From contig JBAZUL010000002.1 in the NCBI GenBank assembly GCA_041661405.1, forward strand, positions 3,715-67,714: a stretch of 64,000 nucleotides of DNA, in the 5' to 3' direction. The notes below the pieces were generated by a model. It worked only from the letters and a program-made list of their open reading frames with translations. It was not told the DNA's origin and searched no databases. The translations under genes and the position numbers were made by a program. Numbering within the stretch: position 1 is the first letter of the stretch; the number at the start of each line of letters is the position of its first letter. Shown here one piece after another: positions 58,201 through 64,000 of this stretch. The stretch comes from Patescibacteria group bacterium (GTDB lineage Bacteria; Patescibacteriota; Patescibacteriia; Patescibacteriales; JBAZCA01).

Positions 58201-58710
58201 TTTTACCCCGTATCTTTTTAAGATGCCCTTGTCGTATAATTCCAGGCCGCAGTTTAAGGCCGTCTGGCCGCCGAAAGATAAAAGTATGCCGTCGGGTTTT
58301 TCTTTGGCGATTATTTTTTCCACGAAATAAGGCGTGACCGGCAGGAAATATATCTCGTCGGCGAGAAGCGGGGAAGTCTGGATTGTAGCAATATTGGGAT
58401 TAACTAAAACTGTTTTAATCCCTTCCTCTTTTAAAGCTTTCAGGCCTTGCGAACCCGAATAATCAAATTCTCCGGCTTCGCCGATTTTTAGGGCGCCGGA
58501 ACCAAGGACTAAGACTTTTTTTATTTTGTAGGACTTCCGCGCCAGTCGCCCGTCGGCGGGCAAAGCCCGCCCTCTGGCGACTTTTTGGCCAATTTCTTCG
58601 TTGGAACCTCCGCTTGGGCCTCGCCGTAGATGGACTACGCCGTCGGCCCAATGCTCGGTTCCGCCTTGAACTTGGCTCAAACGCGAAAGTCCTATTTTCT
58701 TTGATTTCAT
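55228..58710 (-). CDS. carB: Carbamoyl-phosphate synthase large subunit with two in-frame insertions
   Basis: 'LGSG..IG.AGEFDYSG', 'GIHTGES', 'RSSALASKATG', second ATP-grasp, MGS domain. Confidence 0.97.
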   Translation of the reverse strand: MKSKKIGLSRLSQVQGGTEHWADGVVHLRRGPSGGSNEEIGQKVARGRALPADGRLARKSYKIKKVLVLGSGALKIGEAGEFDYSGSQGLKALKEEGIKTVLVNPNIATIQTSPLLADEIYFLPVTPYFVEKIIAKEKPDGILLSFGGQTALNCGLELYDKGILKRYGVKVLGTPVSAIELTEDRQKFADHLRGMNVSVPPSEACGTLEQAKAIAEKISYPVMVRAAFTLGGQKSGVAYDEKQLIEIVSAALAVSPQVLVEKYLHHFKEIEYEVVRDSAGNCVTVCNMENMDPLGIHTGESIVVAPSQTLTNDEYHALRQISIKIVQSLGIVGECNVQFALNPKPKNPNTDLMQSKGQNQEQIQNTKYKILNTKIEYYVIEVNARLSRSSALASKATGYPLAYVAAKLALGITLNKVKNQVTKITQSFFEPALDYVAVKIPRWDLEKFSGAEETIGSAMKSVGEVMAIGRSFEEALQKAVRMLASKARGISYAGFNTATPDLERWIKIPTPKRIFALAEGFKRGMDAEKIHEMTGIDPWFLYRLKNIVEIEKELGEKKKLDKESLLKSKQAGISDKIIGKLAGKTEAEVRYLRKKLKITPSVFQIDTLAGEAPAKTNYLYLTYHGSHNDVKPLGKNSVMVLGSGPYHIGSSVEFDWSCVNTALSLKKYRKKSIIVNCNPETVSTDYDMSDRLYFEDLNLETVLDIYDFEKSGGVAISVGGQRPNNLAGKLHENKVPILGTAPENINRAEDRGKFSALCDELSIPQPEWANCASIAEAKTFAAKVDYPVLVRPSYVLSGSAMSVCFNDADIENFVEKALGLTAKKYSVTVSKFMVNAKEIEYDAVAQDGVTLVYAISEHLENAGVHSGDATIAYPTQKVFSSTEEEIKSTSRKLAKSLNITGPYNIQFLVKENKVYVIEINLRASRTLPFISKASGVNFARLIVDSFYKKGSPVRLSYPDHVAVKSPQFSFARLAGADPVLKVEMSSTGEVAAFGADLGEALLKAILASNNLTEKKSALLTLGGPVNKRRLFEATKLLSDAGYKLYATGATYDFLKEREIPAEIVYKLNDGKMPSVIDLINEKKVAFVINLSEQNGEKVKKVGGEVTDGYLIRRAAVDSHIPLFTDLQLARSFIKALTEKSLDDLEIKSWREYMPKGKMDI
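57591..57626. repeat. Five tandem heptamers (TTGTATT) inside carB
   Basis: ttgtatt tagtatt ttgtatt ttgtatt ttgtatt. Confidence 0.85.
58530..58693. mobile_element. 164-bp palindromic element, copy B, inserted in frame in the 5' end of carB, with a nested ~40-bp hairpin
   Basis: aggacttccgcg...cgcgaaagtcct termini; homologous to 48861-48982. Confidence 0.8.
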
Positions 58711-58712
58711 AG

Positions 58713-59753
58713 TTATATTTTTTTCAAAAATTCATCAAACAGCCAGCCGGTATCTAACGGCCCCGGCCGGGATTCAGGATGGAACTGGACCGACATGAAC
58801 GGCAGATTGCCATGGATTATGCCTTCGTTGGTATTATCGTTAGCGTTATAAAACCATTCGCGAAATCCTTTGGGAATTTTACCGACGGCAAAGCCGTGAT
58901 TTTGCGTGGTTAAATAGCATTTATCCGTTCCTTTAATTACTGCCGGTTGGTTCTGACCCCGGTGGCCGAATTTTAATTTGTAAGTATCGCCGCCAGCCGC
59001 CAAAGCTAGAATCTGGTTTCCCAGGCAAATGCCAAACGTCGGAATTTTTTTCGCCAAAAGTTTCCTTACGTTGGCGATGGTTTTATTCGCCATTTTCGGA
59101 TCGCCCGGGCCGTTGGAAATTACACAGCCGTCAAATTTAATATTGGCATTTAAAAAATCATAGTCCCAGGGGACTATGATGACTTCGACATTTCTTGCCG
59201 AGAGCTCGCGGGCGATGTTGGCTTTGGCGCCGCAATCTATTAAGACAATAGTTTTATTGCCACTGCCATAGGACTCTATTGTAAATATTTTTTTAGTAGA
59301 TACCCGGGCGACGAGATTTTCCTTATTCGGATCGGCGAATTGGATTTTTTCTCCCAATTCAATTTTTCCGAGCATGGCGCCTTTGGTTCTTAATTTTTGC
59401 GTGAGAGCCCTCGTATCTTTAATTTCCAAAGCCGGAATGCCTTCGTCTTTCAGCCAGTCGCCTAATGTCCTTTCGCTTTGATGATGGGACGGCGTCTTTA
59501 TATAAGAGGAAACAATCAAGCCGGAAACCTGAATTTTATCCGATTCCCAATATTCTTTGGATGGAACACCGTAATTTCCCTGAAGCGGGTAGGTCATGAC
59601 GAGAATCTGCCCGGCATAAGACGGGTCAGTAAGGCTTTCCGGATAACCGACCATGCCGGTCGCGAAAACCACCTCTCCGGCAATGGATTTTTCTTTGCCA
59701 AAAGAATATCCGGAAATTTCGGTCCCGTCTTTTAGTATGAGTTTGCCTGTCAT
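58713..59753 (-). CDS. carA: Carbamoyl-phosphate synthase small subunit
   Basis: 'GEVVF.TGMVGY', 'SNGPGDP', 'GICLGNQ', 'QFHPE'. Confidence 0.97.
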   Translation of the reverse strand: MTGKLILKDGTEISGYSFGKEKSIAGEVVFATGMVGYPESLTDPSYAGQILVMTYPLQGNYGVPSKEYWESDKIQVSGLIVSSYIKTPSHHQSERTLGDWLKDEGIPALEIKDTRALTQKLRTKGAMLGKIELGEKIQFADPNKENLVARVSTKKIFTIESYGSGNKTIVLIDCGAKANIARELSARNVEVIIVPWDYDFLNANIKFDGCVISNGPGDPKMANKTIANVRKLLAKKIPTFGICLGNQILALAAGGDTYKLKFGHRGQNQPAVIKGTDKCYLTTQNHGFAVGKIPKGFREWFYNANDNTNEGIIHGNLPFMSVQFHPESRPGPLDTGWLFDEFLKKI

Positions 59754-59902
59754 GGGTTCGTTAAGTTAATAGCGACTAGGCTTATGGGCGCTATTTTCCT
59801 TTATTGAAGCTTTTAATATCTTTATAAGAGAATAACACATATTATCAGGCTTGTGAAGACGTGATATACTGAATTTATTAACTGTCGAGCACGACTATTT
59901 TT

Positions 59903-60787
59903 ATGCCGAAAAAACTGGTTTATTGGTACGCCGCCATGTTTGCCACCTATATTTTTTGGGGCACGCAGATACCAGCCCTAAAGGCTTTGAGCGGGCAGGT
60001 TCCGTTAACCCTAATCGTTTTTTTTAGGTATTTAATGGCGGTGCTGGCGCTTCTTCCTTTTTTTGTCATGATGAAGGGAAGGAAGACGGTCTCAAAAGAA
60101 GATTTTAGAATTTTGGTGCTGTTGGGATTTTTGGGGGTGGCGCTTTATGGTATTTTAAACATCTTCGGCATTAAACATACCACCGGCGTTAACACCTCAA
60201 TCATCCTTCATACCTGGCCGTTGGTTATGACCCTCTTCGCCCCCATGCTGATCGGCGAAAAAGTCGGCAAGGGGTCTTATGTCGGGCTGGTGCTGGGATT
60301 TGCCGGACTGGTGGCGGTAGTTTCCGAAGGTAATTTAAGTTCAATATGGGAAACAAAATACCTTTTAGGAAATATTTTGATATTTTTGAGCGGAATATGC
60401 ATAGCCCTTTATACTATTTTTAACAAGAGGTTTAACCATAAATACGGCGGACTAAACGTGACTTTTCTTTCTTTCGCCACCGGTTCGGTCTTCCTCTTCC
60501 TTTTTTCTTTATTTTCCGGCGACCTGCCCAAGGCCGTTTTGATTACCCCGAAAGAATGGTTTTTGCTTTTTTGGGCCGGCGTCCCGACCCTGGCCCTGAC
60601 CTGGATGATCTGGTTTAACGCCATGCGGAAAATTGGCCTAGTTAAAGCTAATTCTTTTTTTCTTCTAATCGCTCCGGCTGGAATATTTTTTTCCATAATA
60701 TTACTAGGTGAAACTATTGCCCCGATAAAATTAATCGGCACTGGTCTCATCCTTTCCGGGCTTTATATTGTACAGACGAGGAAGTAA
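59903..60787 (+). CDS. DMT/EamA family transporter
   Basis: About 10 TM helices in two EamA repeats. Confidence 0.88.
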   Translation: MPKKLVYWYAAMFATYIFWGTQIPALKALSGQVPLTLIVFFRYLMAVLALLPFFVMMKGRKTVSKEDFRILVLLGFLGVALYGILNIFGIKHTTGVNTSIILHTWPLVMTLFAPMLIGEKVGKGSYVGLVLGFAGLVAVVSEGNLSSIWETKYLLGNILIFLSGICIALYTIFNKRFNHKYGGLNVTFLSFATGSVFLFLFSLFSGDLPKAVLITPKEWFLLFWAGVPTLALTWMIWFNAMRKIGLVKANSFFLLIAPAGIFFSIILLGETIAPIKLIGTGLILSGLYIVQTRK

Positions 60788-60808
60788 ACTAATTTTAAAC
60801 ATAACAAT

Positions 60809-61642
60809 ATGGAGGAGGCAACAAAAATCGCCCTATTCAAGGGCAAAGAAATCAGAAAAACCATTCATAACAATGAATGGTGGTTTTCGGTCGTGGATGT
60901 GGTCGGAGTATTGACTGACAGCGTCAACCCTCGGGATTATTGGTTTAAGATGAAAATCAGGGTGAAAAGTGAGGATGGTATTGAGTTGTCGACAAATTGT
61001 CGACAACTGAAATTGGAATCTTCAGACGGAAAGAAGTATGAAACCGATTGTGCCAACACCGAAGGCATATTCCGCATTATCCAGTCCATCCCGTCTCCCA
61101 AGGCCGAACCGTTCAAGCGTTGGCTGGCGAAAGTCGGTTATGAGCGGATTCAGGAAATTGAGAATCCGGAATTGGCTACCAAACGGACAAGAATGCTTTA
61201 TAAGCTAAAAGGCTACAGCGACGACTGGATTGAAAAGCGGATGCGGGGCATTGCCATCCGCGAAGAATTGACGGATGAATGGCAGAAGCGAGGGGCGCGG
61301 GAGCAAAGAGATTATGAAATTTTAACCGCTGAAATATCCAAAGCGACTTTTGGCATTACGCCAAGCCGGTACAAAAAAATCAAAGGGCTGAAGCGGGAAA
61401 ACCTGCGCGATCACATGGACGACTTTGAACTGATTTTCACCATGCTCGGCGAGCGCTCAACCACGGAAATCCATCGCAATGAAAATTCCCAAGGTCGGGC
61501 AAAACTTAAGAGCGACGCCAAGGCTGGAGGCGATATTGCCGGAGGAGCCAGGGAAAAATTAGAAAAACGCCTTGGCCGGAGCATTGTTTCAAAAAAGAAT
61601 TATTTAAAAAAACTGGAGGATAAGAAGAGACTGGTCAAATAG
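60809..61642 (+). CDS. BRO-N domain protein (phage antirepressor-like)
   Basis: 'WWFSVVDVV', 'QSIPSPKAEPFKRWLA', 'NLRDHM'. Confidence 0.9.
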   Translation: MEEATKIALFKGKEIRKTIHNNEWWFSVVDVVGVLTDSVNPRDYWFKMKIRVKSEDGIELSTNCRQLKLESSDGKKYETDCANTEGIFRIIQSIPSPKAEPFKRWLAKVGYERIQEIENPELATKRTRMLYKLKGYSDDWIEKRMRGIAIREELTDEWQKRGAREQRDYEILTAEISKATFGITPSRYKKIKGLKRENLRDHMDDFELIFTMLGERSTTEIHRNENSQGRAKLKSDAKAGGDIAGGAREKLEKRLGRSIVSKKNYLKKLEDKKRLVK

Positions 61643-61730
61643 TAGTTATGATTTCGGGCTTTACATTAAGGAAAAAGTGAGGTAAATTAGAGGAAATGCT
61701 AATTTTATTTCTATGTAAAAGAGACTATTT

Positions 61731-62645
61731 ATGGCAAATCTCTCACTGACGTTTTTAGGCGCAAAAATAAAAAACCCCATTGTTTTGGCATCCGGAATAT
61801 TGGGAGTAACGAAAGCATCACTAGCGAATGTCGTTAAAAACGGGGCGGGCGCGGTAACTATCAAATCAATAAGCAAAGACAAGCGAAAAGGCCACAATAA
61901 TCCCATCATTATTACCTTTGAGACAGGCATGATGAACGCCGTCGGCTATTCAAATCCCGGCATAGACGCGGCGAAAGAAGAATTCGCGAACTTAAATGAA
62001 GTTGGAGCGCCGGTTTTCGCGAGTATAATCGGAACCGCTCCGGAAGACTTCGCCTACATGGCGGAGAATTTTTTATCGGATGAGTATGCCGCCGTTGAAG
62101 TTCCGCTGTCTTGTCCGCATACTCCCGGTTTCGGAACGCTTGCCGGCCAGGGGACTCCTGAGGCGATTTTTAACATAACGAAAGCTATCAAAGAAAAGAC
62201 CGACTTGCCGATAATCATCAAACTGTCGCCCAATTCGCAAAACTTGGGCGAAGTGGCCAAGGCCGCCGAGAGCGCGGGAGCGAGCGCTATTAATATGGGA
62301 AACACTCACGGGCCGGGAATGGTTATAAATTTGGAAACTAGAAAACCCATTCTTGACTTTAAGGTGGGCGGCGTTAGCGGACCGGCAATTCGTCCGATAA
62401 CTGTCAGATGTATTTATGACGTTTATAAGGCCGTAAAGATCCCGATCATAGGCACCGGGGGCGTTAATACCGGAAGAGACGCGATTGAGATGATGATGGC
62501 CGGGGCGAGCATGGTCGGCGTTGGTACTGCCGTTTATTACCGCGGCATAAGCGTTTTTAAACAAATATGCGACGAAATGAAAGAATGGATGGAAGGCGCT
62601 GGCGTTAAGTCGGTGGAAGAGATCATCGGGGCGGCGCATGAATAA
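61731..62645 (+). CDS. pyrD: Dihydroorotate dehydrogenase (type 1B, catalytic subunit)
   Basis: 'KNPIVLASG', 'LSCPH', 'KLSPN', 'GGVSG', 'IIGTGG'. Confidence 0.95.
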   Translation: MANLSLTFLGAKIKNPIVLASGILGVTKASLANVVKNGAGAVTIKSISKDKRKGHNNPIIITFETGMMNAVGYSNPGIDAAKEEFANLNEVGAPVFASIIGTAPEDFAYMAENFLSDEYAAVEVPLSCPHTPGFGTLAGQGTPEAIFNITKAIKEKTDLPIIIKLSPNSQNLGEVAKAAESAGASAINMGNTHGPGMVINLETRKPILDFKVGGVSGPAIRPITVRCIYDVYKAVKIPIIGTGGVNTGRDAIEMMMAGASMVGVGTAVYYRGISVFKQICDEMKEWMEGAGVKSVEEIIGAAHE

Positions 62646-62672
62646 TTTGTAATATTAAAACTTGAAATTTTT

Positions 62673-63485
62673 ATGCAAATACAGCGCAGGGTGGAGCAAC
62701 CGATAATGTTGCCGATAAAAAAAATAATAGAGGACAATAAAGACTTTAAGACATTTGTTTTTGAAGGGCAGCTGGGCGCGAAACCCGGCCAATTCATAAT
62801 GTTATGGATTCCGCGCGTTAACATGAAGCCGTTCAGCATTTCAAATCAGACAGAGGATGAATTCCATATTACCGTGATGAAGGTGGGAGAATTTACCGCA
62901 AAGTTATTTGAACTAAAAGTTGGAGAGCTACTCGGCATACAAGGGCCTTACGGGCGGCCTTTTAGCTTTAAAGCGCACGGAGAAAATGTAGCCATAGTGG
63001 GAGGCGGTTGCGGCATAGCTCCGGTGAACTTCCTGATTTACGATGCAATAAGCAAAGGAAAACAGGTTTATTTTATAGGCGGTTGCCGGAATAAGGATCT
63101 TTTCATAAAAGCGGATGAAATTAAATCGCTTCCGGTAGAAACTAGTTTTGTTACTGACGATGGTTCCTATGGCGAAAAAGGTTTTACCACCGACGCCTTG
63201 AAGAGACTTTTGGAAAAAGAAAAGATTGATCAGATATTTGCCTGCGGCCCCGAAAAAATGCTGGTCGCGATTGGTAAAATCGCCCTGGAGCGCGGCATAC
63301 CATGCCAAATTTCCATGGAAAGATATATGAAGTGCGGATTTGGCGTATGCGGACAGTGTTGCGTTGACGATACTGGCTTAAGAGTCTGCCATGAAGGGCC
63401 GGTATTTGAAGCTCGGACGTTATTAGATTTAAAGGAATTTGGTGCGTATAAAAGGGATGGCAGCGGAACAAAACAGAAAATTTAA
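62673..63485 (+). CDS. pyrK: Dihydroorotate dehydrogenase electron-transfer subunit
   Basis: 'PGQFIMLW', 'GGGCGIAP', 'CGFGVCGQC...VC.EGPVF'. Confidence 0.95.
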   Translation: MQIQRRVEQPIMLPIKKIIEDNKDFKTFVFEGQLGAKPGQFIMLWIPRVNMKPFSISNQTEDEFHITVMKVGEFTAKLFELKVGELLGIQGPYGRPFSFKAHGENVAIVGGGCGIAPVNFLIYDAISKGKQVYFIGGCRNKDLFIKADEIKSLPVETSFVTDDGSYGEKGFTTDALKRLLEKEKIDQIFACGPEKMLVAIGKIALERGIPCQISMERYMKCGFGVCGQCCVDDTGLRVCHEGPVFEARTLLDLKEFGAYKRDGSGTKQKI

Positions 63486-63584
63486 ATAAAAATTTGTATT
63501 CAAGAGAATCACAAAATTATATCAATGATATAATCTCATTCGCTCGTCCCGCCGCCAAGCTGGCGGGGCTCGCTCATATCGATT

Positions 63585-64000
63585 ATGAATTATCAAAAAG
63601 AAGCAGCCAAAGCGCAAATAAAAATCGGAGCAGTCGGGTTTCGGCCCGGAGATCCGATTACTTTTGTTTCGGGTTTAATTTCGCCGATTTATGTTGATAA
63701 CCGGAAATTCCCGTTTTATCCGGAAGAGTTTAAAAAAGTGATTGGCGGTTTTCAGGGCACAATTAAGGAGAAAGAACTGGATTTTGACATTATCGCCGGG
63801 ATTGAGGCCGGCGGAATTCCGTACAGTTCGGTTTTGGGTTACGCCATGAATAAGCCGTCAATATTCATCCGGAAAAAAATAAAAGACCATGGAACAAAGA
63901 GCCGGATAGAGGGCGGGAAGGTGGAAGGTAAAAAAGTATTGCTCGTTGAAGACCTGGCGTCAACCGGACTCTCAAGCATTAACGGCGTGAACGCTCTGCG
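63585..64000 (+). CDS. pyrE: Orotate phosphoribosyltransferase, 5' part (runs off the window)
   Basis: MNYQKEAAKA...'SGLISPIYVDNR', 'IRKKIKDHG', 'VLLVEDL.STG'; follows pyrD-pyrK. Confidence 0.93.
   Translation, partial: MNYQKEAAKAQIKIGAVGFRPGDPITFVSGLISPIYVDNRKFPFYPEEFKKVIGGFQGTIKEKELDFDIIAGIEAGGIPYSSVLGYAMNKPSIFIRKKIKDHGTKSRIEGGKVEGKKVLLVEDLASTGLSSINGVNAL

Noticed and set aside
58530-58693. Self-splicing intron or intein in carB
   Set aside because: Too short; no group I/II consensus or intein terminal residues; a homologous copy is intergenic
59754-59902. PyrR-type or UTP-sensing attenuator upstream of carA
   Set aside because: Only a weak aatagcg/cgctatt stem; no PyrR-binding consensus, U-tract terminator or leader ORF
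1-64000. CRISPR array, rRNA, intact transposase or integrase
   Set aside because: No regularly spaced repeat-spacer array, rRNA-like sequence or recombinase/transposase ORF recognised

Overview
Bacterial chromosome segment whose gene content and style (AT-rich translation starts usually lacking a Shine-Dalgarno, Lys-rich RpoD N-terminus, LexA-methylase fusion) suggest a Patescibacteria/CPR (Parcubacteria-like) organism; this taxonomy is inferred. In order, the window holds: a nonulosonic-acid/surface-polysaccharide cluster with a decayed neuB (1-9.8 kb); a cobalamin-riboswitch-controlled putative B12-capture operon; core genes (holB, frr, rseP, acyl-CoA synthetase, ZIP transporter, dnaG, rpoD); tRNA-Asn(GTT) followed by an AT-rich islet with a TaqI-family endonuclease, a LexA-DNA methyltransferase fusion and a PD-(D/E)XK-like protein; accessory genes bounded by ~110-bp direct repeats; a DEAD-box helicase and cold-shock gene; a pentose-phosphate/gluconeogenesis cluster; and de novo pyrimidine genes (pyrB, carB, carA, pyrD, pyrK, pyrE). 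The most striking unannotated signal is two tandem leader-peptide attenuators (37.15-37.50 kb, minus strand). Each has CGC-CGC-AGA (Arg-Arg-Arg) control codons and complete 1:2, 2:3 and 3:4 hairpins, upstream of a short ArgA-like N-acetyltransferase, so it looks like a double arginine-sensing transcription attenuator. Other highlights are a structured palindromic repeat inserted in frame into carB (with a covarying sister copy between glpX and fba), a pseudoknotted RNA leader before an unannotated 56-aa ORF, and apparent TCGA avoidance that matches the TaqI-like enzyme. All calls come from reading the sequence by eye; no database searches or folding programs were run.
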